Assembly (NCBI GenBank): GCA_028355015.1
Contig: JAOMRN010000003.1
Location: forward strand, 48,142 to 112,141
DNA: 64,000 bases
Source of the DNA: Methanobacteriota archaeon
Lineage (GTDB): Archaea > Thermoplasmatota > Poseidoniia > Poseidoniales > Thalassarchaeaceae
Direction: 5' to 3'
Shown here: positions 19,064-29,541 of the stretch, in pieces
Layout of the letters: every line of letters begins with the position of its first letter
How positions within the stretch are numbered: the stretch's first letter is position 1
Translations under genes and position numbers: made by a program
Notes under the pieces: generated by a model
Told to the model about the DNA's origin: nothing
Database searches by the model: none
Seen by the model: only the letters and a program-made list of their open reading frames with translations

Positions 19064-21231
19064 TGACTAACCTGTATCGCAGACCTATTGTGAGTACTCG
19101 TCCAGATCCCACCCCTTGCCGTCCACAAGATCTTGGAAAATTTGAAATTATTCAGAGAGACGGTGCTGCTAGAATTGGTCGTATTCATACTAAACATGGT
19201 TTACTTAATACTCCTATGCTTCTCCCAGTTGTCAACCCAAATATTCGAACAATAGAGCCGAGAGAGATGTGGGATAAGTATCGAGTAGAGGGCCTGATAA
19301 CAAATTCTTATGTTATGTGGAAACACGATGATCTCAGTGAATTTGCTTTAGAAAAGGGGGTCCATGAATTAATTGATTTCCCTGGAGTAATCGTCACTGA
19401 TTCAGGAACGTTCCAATCCTATGTATATGGTGACGTGGAAGTCGGTGTAGAAGAAATAGTTGAATTCCAAAGAGATATTGGTGTGGATATAGGAACTATG
19501 CTCGATGTTTTCGGTCGGCCAGATATGAGTAGAGATGAACTTATTTCTGCAGTTGAGGTTACCGCAGAGAGAGGCCCAATTTCTCTTGAAAAAGCAGGTG
19601 AAGAATTACTCCTTAATGGCCCAATACAAGGTGGCTTACATGATGACCTTAGAGCATTATCCGGTGAATTAATGGGAGGTATTAGGGGCGAATATAGAGG
19701 ATTTACTGTTCATCCGATAGGTGGCATTGTCCCTTTAATGGAAAATCAGAAATATAGAGAATTATTCAAAATTCTTCTCTCAGCGAAGTCTACTATACCT
19801 CCTAATAGACCAATTCATCTATTCGGTTGTGGTCATCCATTACTTTTCCCAATGTCAATAGCACTTGGAGTAGATATTTTCGATTCTGCTGCCTACGCAC
19901 TTTTTGCAAGAGGGGGGCGACTCCTAACACCAACAGGAACAGTCCGCCTCGAAGAAATTAATGAATGGCCATATCAGTCCTCAGAGTTATTTAATTGGAC
20001 TCCTGAAGAGGTTAGAGCATTAGATTCAAAAGAACGAGAAAAAATCTTAGCAAGACATAATCTAGAAGTCACTCAATCAGAATTAGCACGTTGCCGTGAG
20101 GCAGTAAGGAATGGGAAAATATGGAATTTAGCGGAAGAAAGAAGTCATTGCTCTGCCCAGTTAAGGGACGCTTTTTTGTGGATATTAGAACAGTTAGATG
20201 ACCCCGATGAGGGACCTGTTGGAATGTCATCGATGAGGATGATTTCATCTACTAATCCTGTGAGGGGAGGTGGCGAGAATTTAGTTGATGATATTGAAGA
20301 GAGGCCTCATATTTTACATTTTAAATCTTTACTTGCGATGCGATGGAGAATCCCCGGTTCTTGGTGGGATGAGTCATTGGATGTACCTCAAAGAGTGGTT
20401 ATTATTGAAGGTTCTAAACCACCATGGAGGGATAGTTCTCTGCACACCGTAATTTCTTGTTTAACAGATGAGCCAAGGTCAATAGTTCTTATTTCAACTC
20501 CTATCGGTCTAATACCTTACAGTATGGAAGACGTTTCCCCTTGGTGCCATATTGATTGCTCTGATGACGTTTGGGACTTGCCCCTCGATGAAGATGAAAT
20601 AATTCAAGAATTATTTGAGTTAGACCTATCAGATCTCCCATTTATCCGAATTTCTCCGGGGCCTAGCCCTGATGAGCGTATTGAAGGTAGTAAAATAATT
20701 AGAGATTGGCTTGATAGGTGTTCAATTGTAGATAAATTATCAGTTCTCAATGGCGTAACTCCTTCTTTGGGTTGCAAAATCACTTCTGAGATGACAAGTC
20801 GAAGGTCGAAGACAAATAGAATGGTAAACGTTTATTCTGGAGGCGTTCATACTATTTCTCCGAGACTAAATGATGGTGGTATTTCTTTAACATTAGAAGG
20901 TGCGAGAATGATTAACTCAGAATATTCCTCATCCCCTCTTATTTTTGGAGAAGAATTTGAAGGTGATGAATTAGATCACCCTGGGCTTGCTAGAGTTATG
21001 ATTGTTAATGATGCCATACCGTTTGTAGGTCAAGGAAGGAATGTCATGCAAGGCTATGTTTTGGGAGCTGACCCCCATCTTATTCCTGGGCAACCTTGTC
21101 TTGTAGTAGATTCTAATGGCGATTTAGTTGCACACGGTATTGCAATAACTACTGCTAGAGAAATGGCCTATCTTACCAAAGGACTAGCAGTTAGAGTTCG
21201 TGATGGTGCGCTTAAAGATTCAGATGTATAA
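19063..21231 (+). CDS. tgtA: Archaeosine tRNA-guanine(15) transglycosylase with PUA domain
   Basis: DGAARIG, TPMLLPVVNP, TDSGTFQ, GGIVPLME, HLFGCGHP, DIFDSAAY; C-terminal PUA. Confidence 0.93.
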   Translation: MTNLYRRPIVSTRPDPTPCRPQDLGKFEIIQRDGAARIGRIHTKHGLLNTPMLLPVVNPNIRTIEPREMWDKYRVEGLITNSYVMWKHDDLSEFALEKGVHELIDFPGVIVTDSGTFQSYVYGDVEVGVEEIVEFQRDIGVDIGTMLDVFGRPDMSRDELISAVEVTAERGPISLEKAGEELLLNGPIQGGLHDDLRALSGELMGGIRGEYRGFTVHPIGGIVPLMENQKYRELFKILLSAKSTIPPNRPIHLFGCGHPLLFPMSIALGVDIFDSAAYALFARGGRLLTPTGTVRLEEINEWPYQSSELFNWTPEEVRALDSKEREKILARHNLEVTQSELARCREAVRNGKIWNLAEERSHCSAQLRDAFLWILEQLDDPDEGPVGMSSMRMISSTNPVRGGGENLVDDIEERPHILHFKSLLAMRWRIPGSWWDESLDVPQRVVIIEGSKPPWRDSSLHTVISCLTDEPRSIVLISTPIGLIPYSMEDVSPWCHIDCSDDVWDLPLDEDEIIQELFELDLSDLPFIRISPGPSPDERIEGSKIIRDWLDRCSIVDKLSVLNGVTPSLGCKITSEMTSRRSKTNRMVNVYSGGVHTISPRLNDGGISLTLEGARMINSEYSSSPLIFGEEFEGDELDHPGLARVMIVNDAIPFVGQGRNVMQGYVLGADPHLIPGQPCLVVDSNGDLVAHGIAITTAREMAYLTKGLAVRVRDGALKDSDV

Positions 21232-21308
21232 TTCAGGTCTTGCAGGCGATTCATTCAATAGCGTAAATTCCAACGAAGTAATGACACCCGTAGGGTGTTG
21301 GTGATATT

Positions 21309-22304
21309 TTGACTGTTGATTCAGATCCTAAATTGGTAATTGAGACCAAAGATTTGGTCAAGATGTATGGTCCTCATATTGCTTTACAAGGCCTGAATTT
21401 GAAACTTCAATCGGGTGCTACAGGAATTCTTGGACCTAATGGTGCAGGTAAATCTACTTTCTTCAAGTGTATCTTAGGTTTGATTACAACTACTTCAGGC
21501 GAGGGTACTGTTTTGGGTTATGATATTAGAACTCAGGGCGATTTAATACGTTCAAAAATTGGATATATGCCTGAATATGACTCCTTGGATCCAGGGTTGT
21601 CTGCAATTGATCAAGTACGTTATTCTGGTGAATTAATTGGGATGAACCCCTCTCAAGCGACCCAAAGGGCACATGAAGTCTTAGAATATGTTGGCCTCAA
21701 AGATCAAAGATATCGTAAAATTGAAACATTTAGTACAGGCATGAAACAAGCAACTAAGCTTGCTTGTGCACTGATACATGATCCAGAAATACTGATCTGT
21801 GATGAACCAACAAATGGTCTTGATCAACGTGCTCGGGATTTTATGTTGCAAACACTTAGGAACACAGTTAATCAAGGTGGTAGAACAGTATTGATGAGTG
21901 GCCACGTTATGGATGATATCCAAGAAGTCTGTGATAACATTGTCATGATTCATAAGGGTAAAATCGTAGTCCATAGGAGAATCGATGAGCTTGCCAAACA
22001 AGTTGATGAAGAAATAGAAATATCTGTTTGGGGCGGTTCATCTAGGATGCAGGACTCTTTAGAATCTAAAGGACTTATAGTCAGACGTCTAGGTAGAGTA
22101 ATGAGGATTAAAGTAGAATCCGAAGAAACAATTTCACTAATTTTAGAATGTGCTGTTGAAAGTGGCGTGCAAGTAAGAAAGATGGGTGAATATGAACCAG
22201 ACTTAGAAGATATTTTCTTGCTCATAATGGATAAATTAGGCGCTGAAGTCAAGAAAACATCCGATCTTATGACTTTTGAGCATACCGGGGAGGCAAATGT
22301 ATGA
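21309..22304 (+). CDS. ABC-2 type ATP-binding protein
   Basis: GPNGAGKS, FSTGMKQ, ICDEPT; TTG start after GGTGA. Confidence 0.92.
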   Translation: MTVDSDPKLVIETKDLVKMYGPHIALQGLNLKLQSGATGILGPNGAGKSTFFKCILGLITTTSGEGTVLGYDIRTQGDLIRSKIGYMPEYDSLDPGLSAIDQVRYSGELIGMNPSQATQRAHEVLEYVGLKDQRYRKIETFSTGMKQATKLACALIHDPEILICDEPTNGLDQRARDFMLQTLRNTVNQGGRTVLMSGHVMDDIQEVCDNIVMIHKGKIVVHRRIDELAKQVDEEIEISVWGGSSRMQDSLESKGLIVRRLGRVMRIKVESEETISLILECAVESGVQVRKMGEYEPDLEDIFLLIMDKLGAEVKKTSDLMTFEHTGEANV

Positions 22305-23314
22305 GTGACGATTTGATTGATCTAGGTGGCGGTCAAACACGTATGGAGGTAGCATATGGTTCTGATGATGGAGATACTGATTCTTCAGCAATAGTTGCAA
22401 AGAAAGAAGCGTCTTTAGGAGCTATTTTCGAGCAAAATTATCGTCCATGGAATGGTAATCTTGGCCCTCGATGGGTTAGAAATTATGCGATTTTCCGGCA
22501 TCATGTTTTCGGATTATTCACTTCAAAGGGCCATAGGCATTACAATCCTTTTGTCAGACTAACTATTTTGGTCATATTCATCGGTGCTATATCTCCAATT
22601 GCTATGTTATTTTTCTCATCATTATTTGGCGCAGGCCCTGATAGTTTCATCGACAAAATGTGGGGTATTAATCGTAGTAATTTATGGGGGCAAGTTTTAG
22701 GATATTTTCCCAGAAATTTATGCTATTGGCCATTGCTAACTGCTCTTGTCGTTGGGGGTATGATTTCAGATGATAGAAGAAATGGTACTAGTGCAATATA
22801 TTTCTCTAGGCCGGTGACAAGAGTTGACTATACTTTGATGAAATATTTGAGCGTGGCAGTAGTTTTAGGTTTTGTTATAGTATTTTCTTACTTGGCATAT
22901 TACACACTTGCAATAGTATTCAAAGGAGAAGGTTGGGGATTTTTAATTGACACACTTCCTATGTTTTTATCTGGTTTATTGTGTAGTTTATTACTTGTCA
23001 TAACATATACATCCATTGGTCTTGCATTGTCAAGCATAAGTCAGAGTAGATTTTTTTCAGCGATTGCTTTTTTAAGTATAATATATGGTACGAAGTTAGT
23101 TGCCCTATTAGTCGATCTTCAATTCGATACTTCAATACTATACGTCTTAAGTCCCTATGACTGCCTTGCCCATTTAGGCCAGTGGTTATTGGGTTTAGAA
23201 CTCAATTATTCTCATTCATTATCTCTGTCTGTAGTTTCCTTGATAATGATGAATGTAATTTCAATTATGATATTAATTTCAAGAGTTAGTTCTTTGGAGG
23301 TGACTCGAGAATGA
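22301..23314 (+). CDS. ABC-2 type permease
   Basis: ISDDRRNGTSAIYFSRPVTR; 6 TM; ATGA coupling. Confidence 0.85.
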   Translation: MSDDLIDLGGGQTRMEVAYGSDDGDTDSSAIVAKKEASLGAIFEQNYRPWNGNLGPRWVRNYAIFRHHVFGLFTSKGHRHYNPFVRLTILVIFIGAISPIAMLFFSSLFGAGPDSFIDKMWGINRSNLWGQVLGYFPRNLCYWPLLTALVVGGMISDDRRNGTSAIYFSRPVTRVDYTLMKYLSVAVVLGFVIVFSYLAYYTLAIVFKGEGWGFLIDTLPMFLSGLLCSLLLVITYTSIGLALSSISQSRFFSAIAFLSIIYGTKLVALLVDLQFDTSILYVLSPYDCLAHLGQWLLGLELNYSHSLSLSVVSLIMMNVISIMILISRVSSLEVTRE

Positions 23315-24252
23315 GTGAAGATAATAAAACTCCTTCAGTTATTTTAGAAAATGTTTCAAAATGGTACGGCCAAGTTATGGGAATCAATGATATTTCTTTA
23401 GCAATAGAAGGTGGTGTCACCGGGATACTTGGTCCAAATGGTGCCGGGAAATCTACACTATTCAAATTACTAATGGGTCGTCTAAAGCCGAGTCAAGGCA
23501 ATGTCAAGCTATTTGGAATAGATCCTTGGTCCGATACCTCTCCTTATCGAAGAATAGGTTATGTCAGCGAATCTGAAAGACTTTACGATTGGATGACCGC
23601 TCAGGATTTTGTATCTACACTTGCTAGATTACACGGTATGACCAGAGAAGAAGCAAATGCAAGAGCAGAGCATGTACTTGATTTCGTGGGTCTGCATGAT
23701 GTTCGTCATAAAGAAATCGGGAAGTATAGTAAAGGTATGCGGCAGAGGGTAAAAATTGCTCATGCATTAGTTCATGATCCTGATTTAATAATATTAGATG
23801 AACCATTGCATGGTTGTGACCCCATTGCTCGGACCAGTATAATGAATGTAATTAGGGAACTTGGAAGCCAAGGTAAAACAGTACTTGTATCCAGTCATAT
23901 TCTAGAAGAAATAGAACGAATTACTGAGCAAATAGTTATTCTTCATAATGGGAGACTACTCGCTCTCGGGAACTTATATGCTATTCGTGATCTATTGGAT
24001 AAACATCCTCATAGAATAATGATTACTACGGATGAACCGAGGAAGTTAGCAAGCGCATTTATAGGTGAAGAACCTGTATATGGTGTCAGATTTCCTGAAG
24101 AAGGAAAGTTGGAAATACAGACCAATGATTTATCTGCAGCTCATTCTGTTTTACCTCGGGTTATTGTTGATTCGAAAGTTTCAGTATCTCGGATAGATAA
24201 TCCAGATGATAATTTAGAATCATTACTAGGATACTTAATTGGAGGCACTTAA
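23311..24252 (+). CDS. ABC-2 type ATP-binding protein
   Basis: GPNGAGKS, YSKGMRQR, ILDEP, SSH. Confidence 0.93.
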   Translation: MSEDNKTPSVILENVSKWYGQVMGINDISLAIEGGVTGILGPNGAGKSTLFKLLMGRLKPSQGNVKLFGIDPWSDTSPYRRIGYVSESERLYDWMTAQDFVSTLARLHGMTREEANARAEHVLDFVGLHDVRHKEIGKYSKGMRQRVKIAHALVHDPDLIILDEPLHGCDPIARTSIMNVIRELGSQGKTVLVSSHILEEIERITEQIVILHNGRLLALGNLYAIRDLLDKHPHRIMITTDEPRKLASAFIGEEPVYGVRFPEEGKLEIQTNDLSAAHSVLPRVIVDSKVSVSRIDNPDDNLESLLGYLIGGT

Positions 24253-24253
24253 T

Positions 24254-25867
24254 ATGGATGATCAGGGTCGAGGTCTCTCAGAAACAGTTTGGACTCAAAT
24301 AGATAGGAAAGCCGGTGCTATAACAGAGTTGACCATACGTCAACTACGTAATCGAATATCAACTTGGGTTGTATTAGGCGTAGGTGTTTTATTGATATCT
24401 TTATTACTTGTATTTTATATAGATTCTATAAGAACAACTTTTGAACCAATAGACAACGATGGTGATAGTGAAGATTGGGACAATGATGGGTATCCTTTAG
24501 GCCAAGAAAGAATCTATGGGACTAGTGATTATGATACTAAAAATTACCCAGGTTCATCAGAATACATTTACCTAGGTGATATTGATTATAATGACCAACC
24601 AAGAACTCATTACGGCAATCATACATGGGTCTCAGTTACTGGATATTTTACACCCACTTGGATTGATAAAGAGGCTGAAAGCCCATTTATTTACTATAAT
24701 TGGATAGATTGGGGAGGTCGAGGAATAGATTGTCCTGATGGGAGTCCTTTTGAAGATTGGACTTATTTCCAGTCTCCGAGTTATTGTGTTCTCGAAAATG
24801 GTACTTATGTGGTATTTGCAGTGAGTTTCGCAGGAGAAGGTGAAATCTCTGTCGAGCCGGGTTGGTCTGCAGAATGGGGCTATATGACTGAGTCATTTTT
24901 TGTTGAGAAACATCCGAAATCAAGGTATATAGATGAAGATCCCATAAATGGCATAGATGATGATGGCGATTGTCTGAGAGATGAATATCTGACAGAAGAT
25001 GAATATCAAGATGATGGCAATAGAAATGGAATAAATTGTGATGTCGAATGGGTTTATGATCAGAATGGTAATTTAGTTTCAATTCAAGCCGATTATAATG
25101 TTGATGAGGACCCAGATGATTCTGAACATATAGGCGAGTCAAGCCACAGAACTTTCATTATTGGTACGGGGAAAATTGCCTTTGTAATGATTCTAGGCCT
25201 TTTCCTACCATTATTTTTGGCTCTAGGATTAGTTAGGGATGAGTCTGAAAATGGAACACTACATTACTTGCTTTCCAAACCTATTCATAGAGGGGAATTT
25301 ATCCTTTATCGACTATTAGGTTATCTCGGTATCGTAGTGTCATATACGGTGATACTTATTTTGATTGTCGCTCTAATTACTTCTCTGATAGGGCCTGGTC
25401 CTTCTATAGTGAGGTTATCTGATTATCCTGTGTGGATGGGTATTGCTCTCGCTACAATTTTGGTCTTAACTGCGTATGGTTCTATTTTCAATACCGTTGG
25501 TTTAGTAATGCCAAAATATGGCGTTTACATCTGTATTCTTTACGGTATATGGGAATTTTTAATGGGGTTATTTACAATCACAATTCCAAATGCAAGTATC
25601 ACAATGCTTTCTGTGTCTCATTGGGCTATTCAGATAATTGATGCAGTAGTCATGATATCTTGGAGTGATACATCTCTAATGCAACAAAAAGCAGAGGCCT
25701 TCGGCTTGGAAACTGGGATCTCCTTTTTCTGGCACCCACCCGTTCATACTTTGGAAACAGGAAATCCATTTGTCGCATTAATAATAAGTGTTGTAATCAT
25801 GTTATCAATTAGTATAGGTATGATTGCTATAGGACAGTTAATCTTTAGAAATAAAGAGATTATGTGA
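24254..25867 (+). CDS. ABC-2 type permease with large acidic extracellular domain
   Basis: RDESENGTLHYLLSKPIHR; DNDGD/DNDG/DDDGD loops between TM1 and TM2; GGAGG RBS. Confidence 0.85.
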   Translation: MDDQGRGLSETVWTQIDRKAGAITELTIRQLRNRISTWVVLGVGVLLISLLLVFYIDSIRTTFEPIDNDGDSEDWDNDGYPLGQERIYGTSDYDTKNYPGSSEYIYLGDIDYNDQPRTHYGNHTWVSVTGYFTPTWIDKEAESPFIYYNWIDWGGRGIDCPDGSPFEDWTYFQSPSYCVLENGTYVVFAVSFAGEGEISVEPGWSAEWGYMTESFFVEKHPKSRYIDEDPINGIDDDGDCLRDEYLTEDEYQDDGNRNGINCDVEWVYDQNGNLVSIQADYNVDEDPDDSEHIGESSHRTFIIGTGKIAFVMILGLFLPLFLALGLVRDESENGTLHYLLSKPIHRGEFILYRLLGYLGIVVSYTVILILIVALITSLIGPGPSIVRLSDYPVWMGIALATILVLTAYGSIFNTVGLVMPKYGVYICILYGIWEFLMGLFTITIPNASITMLSVSHWAIQIIDAVVMISWSDTSLMQQKAEAFGLETGISFFWHPPVHTLETGNPFVALIISVVIMLSISIGMIAIGQLIFRNKEIM

Positions 25868-25876
25868 AGTGTAATT

Positions 25877-27076
25877 ATGGTGGGTGATTCTGATCAATTC
25901 ATAGGAGATTATTCTTCATTATGGCGTTTAGATATGATGCCAAGTTTACCACGTCTCTCATGGTGGTGGTGGTGGGTAATTATTTTCATACCTGATCCCG
26001 ATAACCCTGGTCGTTCTAGACAATTAATGGTTTTATGGTCGTCTAAAGAAACTCCTGCAATTCGCGTTAATGATCATTGGTGGAAACCTGGTTCACGGAT
26101 GAGGGTCGATGAACATGGCGGTCACGTGGTCCCTGGTATGGTATGTTCTTGGTGGTTCGATGGACAAAATATGCATGAGCCATTAATTATTCGTGAGTGT
26201 AAAATGGTTTCAATAGACGATAAGCACCCATTATGGCCGGAAGAAGGTCAAGGGCATGGTTCCGGAGCGGTGGTACCATTGGTTGATGAGGATTTATCTT
26301 TAGGAATGACCAAAGGTAACAAGAAGTTTTGGTTGAATTTAACTAGTGACAAAAAAGCACAACTAAATGGTGCTCCCAAATCAATAACTGCTGAACTAAC
26401 TCCTTGGTGGGGGCCTCCAAGTCGATTGACTTACAAAAATAATGTTTTCTTCTCAGATATGGGTTATGATATCTTAAGAGTCCAGGGCACTAAAGCTTCA
26501 ATCGTAATTGATGATGAAAAATTTGAAGGTACTGGATACTTTCAAAAAGTTAGTGTCCAAGCCCCTACATTCCCTTGGTTTTGGGGTATGTTACATTTTG
26601 ATGATGGTTCATATCTTGACTGGTTCATGCCCCATATCTCATTTTCTTGTTTAAATTTAAATGATAAACCCTGGAAACTCAGAGATATATTTAGAAACCC
26701 TAAAATTGGAACTGGGATATTCCATGATGCTAAGAGAGATAGAACCGAGGAATTCAAAAAATGTACAGTTGAGTTAATTAAACCAGATTCTAGTGATGAA
26801 AATTTATTTGATAATGATGGTAATTCTTTGCCTAAATTCCGAGTGTCTGTTTGGAATGAAAGGACACAGATTGCTCTAGAAGTTAGAGCGGTATCTCGGG
26901 CTAAGTGGACTTTTGATCAGCCAACTAGAGCAGGTATGGTCAGTCATTTAACTTACAATGAATACCCTCTCCAATTATTAAAAATAGTGATTAAAGACGA
27001 AAATGGCACACGCACTAAGTCGGATTATTCTTGGATACACGGTAATGCAGAACATTCTTGGGGTTTCCTTCATTGA
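25877..27076 (+). CDS. Hypothetical Trp-rich protein (possible tocopherol cyclase/CrtC-like fold)
   Basis: 399-aa ORF in operon; WWWWW, GTGYFQKV, PWFWG motifs; fold is a guess. Confidence 0.5.
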   Translation: MVGDSDQFIGDYSSLWRLDMMPSLPRLSWWWWWVIIFIPDPDNPGRSRQLMVLWSSKETPAIRVNDHWWKPGSRMRVDEHGGHVVPGMVCSWWFDGQNMHEPLIIRECKMVSIDDKHPLWPEEGQGHGSGAVVPLVDEDLSLGMTKGNKKFWLNLTSDKKAQLNGAPKSITAELTPWWGPPSRLTYKNNVFFSDMGYDILRVQGTKASIVIDDEKFEGTGYFQKVSVQAPTFPWFWGMLHFDDGSYLDWFMPHISFSCLNLNDKPWKLRDIFRNPKIGTGIFHDAKRDRTEEFKKCTVELIKPDSSDENLFDNDGNSLPKFRVSVWNERTQIALEVRAVSRAKWTFDQPTRAGMVSHLTYNEYPLQLLKIVIKDENGTRTKSDYSWIHGNAEHSWGFLH

Positions 27077-27095
27077 TAATTAAGGTGGTATATTT

Positions 27096-28025
27096 TTGGA
27101 AGATTTAATTTCTAGTTTTAAGTCATTAATTGATGATGAAGAAGTTAGAGGCGATTTTTCTTTTATTTCTGAGAAAGAGGTTCCTATTTGGAAAGGTAAA
27201 CCTACATTTTCATCTTATTTACCAAGATATTTTCTAGCCCTTTTTGTTTTCTTAATTCATTTCTGTTTTTACCGAGTTGCAGTGACAGTTTATGCCGAAG
27301 GAGAGAGCGGATATCTCAATATGGCCATACGTATAATAGATCAATTATTTGATTTAGTAGACGTATTTGCATTTGTCGTTGTTATGATTATATTTGCTAG
27401 GATTAATTATTTCCTTAATTTTACAACATCAACTACCAAAATCTCACTTTTCTTAGTTTTTATAGGTTTGATACCTTCTGCATGGTTTATCATAAATATT
27501 GTCGATTGGTTTTTATTATTAATTGGAAGAGAAGCATTGAATGTACCTGAATGGTTCGATACTTGGTTTTTAGCTCTAGGAATAATAAATTCTTTAATCA
27601 TATTTACTTTCTCAATAATATCTCAATTTTCATATTCTTATGTAATGACTGATAAAAATCTCTATATTCAAAGACGTCAATTTATTTTCTATAAATCTCA
27701 TATCAATATTTCCTTTGAAGATTTAGAAAACCTGATTACTCAACAGTCAATTTTTGGGAAATTAATTGGTATTGGAAATGTTTTACCTATTTTAAAAATT
27801 AACTCAGATGTTTCCCCTAAGGTCAATAATGAAAGAACAGGGATTCAAAAATTCATCTATGTAATCAAATTATTAATTTCTTATAAAAGATCTAGTAAAG
27901 AGATTATATTGCCTCCCTCAGAATGCTTTTTTGGCATTAAACAGCCAATGGTTATTTACGAATTAGCTAATGAATTGATAGATCTGGAAAATGGTAGACC
28001 CGATTTATTAGTTCAAAATGATTAG
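27096..28025 (+). CDS. Membrane protein with C-terminal PH-like domain
   Basis: IWKGKP, about 4 TM, YVMTDK..QQSIFGKLIGIGNV. Confidence 0.65.
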   Translation: MEDLISSFKSLIDDEEVRGDFSFISEKEVPIWKGKPTFSSYLPRYFLALFVFLIHFCFYRVAVTVYAEGESGYLNMAIRIIDQLFDLVDVFAFVVVMIIFARINYFLNFTTSTTKISLFLVFIGLIPSAWFIINIVDWFLLLIGREALNVPEWFDTWFLALGIINSLIIFTFSIISQFSYSYVMTDKNLYIQRRQFIFYKSHINISFEDLENLITQQSIFGKLIGIGNVLPILKINSDVSPKVNNERTGIQKFIYVIKLLISYKRSSKEIILPPSECFFGIKQPMVIYELANELIDLENGRPDLLVQND

Positions 28026-28096
28026 TTTACTTAAGATTACTATTCCGCACCGTTCTTAATGTAAAAGCCATCGAGAGAGCCATAGAGGGATTCCCT

Positions 28097-28645
28097 ATGT
28101 CGGAAGAAGATATCGTTACAATTGCAGCACAACACATTACAAAAGGAGATTTCATGGGAGCCATGGAAATCTTTGAAGAACATGTTACAAACAATCCAAA
28201 AGATCCTGCTGGGTACCATGGTTGGGCTGAATCAGCAATGTTTGAGATACAAGAAAATGGTAATTTTGATGAAAAAGGCAACGATAGAATTAATGAAGGT
28301 AAAGTTCAATCATACCTTCGTAAGGCTGCAGGTTTAGAACCAGATAATTCTGAATACCAGGCAGCATATGCCAATGCATTAATTGAATTTGATAGAGTTC
28401 CAATGGCGGTAAGAGAGTTTCAGAAACTTATTCAATTAGGTAAGAAATTAGAGGATGTTGATGTATCATTCCATCTTTACGAGGCTGCAAAACAACTTAT
28501 TGATTCAATTGATGTAAAGGTAGGTTACGATAGAAGCGAACAGTTCGCTAGACAATTCATACCAGTTGCTATAGAATTTGCAATTCTTGGACTCGGATTT
28601 TCATCGGTTGACGAAGCAATGGAATATTTGTCTACTGAGGAATAA
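28097..28645 (+). CDS. TPR-repeat protein
   Basis: NNPKDPAGYHG and LEPDNSEYQAAYA TPR-like turns. Confidence 0.7.
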   Translation: MSEEDIVTIAAQHITKGDFMGAMEIFEEHVTNNPKDPAGYHGWAESAMFEIQENGNFDEKGNDRINEGKVQSYLRKAAGLEPDNSEYQAAYANALIEFDRVPMAVREFQKLIQLGKKLEDVDVSFHLYEAAKQLIDSIDVKVGYDRSEQFARQFIPVAIEFAILGLGFSSVDEAMEYLSTEE

Positions 28646-28659
28646 TTGGAGGAATCCAA

Positions 28660-29541
28660 TTGAGTCGCGGCCGAATCATGGTCGCTTTTGGATATCATGG
28701 TGACTTGTTCCATGGTTCTCAAATTCAACCTAATGTCCCTACTGTGCAGAAAGCAATTGAGAATGCCCTTAGGAAAGTGAGTTGGTGGAGTGATGGCTGT
28801 TTAGAAATGTCTAGCCGAACTGATGCAGGTGTCAGTGTGAGGATGAATCTAGCTTGTATCGATGTCCCGCTTACAGTTTGGAATGAAGTTGATAAGAAAA
28901 CTATACTTCGTGTATTGAATAACAGGTTCCCAGAGGGATTATGTGCCTGGGATGTCATTAAAGTCGAGTCAAATGTGCGGAGTCGAGCAGCTAAAGCAAG
29001 GACATATTTATTCCGGACAGAATTAATTGAAGAATGGTCTGGTGGCATTGATGAGGAGTTATTTCTTAATGCTTGTAAAATAATTGTCGGGACTCATGAT
29101 TTCACAAATTTCTGTAAGTTAGAAGAGGATAAAAATCCTATTCGGACTATAGAAAAGTGCGAGCCATGGTATTCTTCTGATGGGCGAATAATTGGGATAT
29201 TGATATGTTCTGAGGCTTTTCTCTGGAACCAAGTAAGAAGAATAGCGGCAGCGATTACAGGAGTCGCTACCGGGCGAATCAAATTCAAATCACTTGAATC
29301 TGCGTTAAACAAACCAGATATTCCAATCGATCTAGGGAGAGCACAATCAAATGGGCTTATTTTATGGTCTATTGAGCATCAGTTTTCTCAAGAAATGGGC
29401 TTACATTGTAATCCTGATACACTTGGTTTTTCTATGCCACCTGAGAAAAAATATCGATTTAAGAGATGGTTGTCTATGGCTAAATTAGAAATGGGGTTGT
29501 TATTGGAAAGAGATTGGGAAGATTCACTTAATTCAATTTAA
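28660..29541 (+). CDS. truA: tRNA pseudouridine synthase A
   Basis: GSQIQP, SSRTDAGVS, GTHDFTNF, AFLWNQVRRI. Confidence 0.93.
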   Translation: MSRGRIMVAFGYHGDLFHGSQIQPNVPTVQKAIENALRKVSWWSDGCLEMSSRTDAGVSVRMNLACIDVPLTVWNEVDKKTILRVLNNRFPEGLCAWDVIKVESNVRSRAAKARTYLFRTELIEEWSGGIDEELFLNACKIIVGTHDFTNFCKLEEDKNPIRTIEKCEPWYSSDGRIIGILICSEAFLWNQVRRIAAAITGVATGRIKFKSLESALNKPDIPIDLGRAQSNGLILWSIEHQFSQEMGLHCNPDTLGFSMPPEKKYRFKRWLSMAKLEMGLLLERDWEDSLNSI

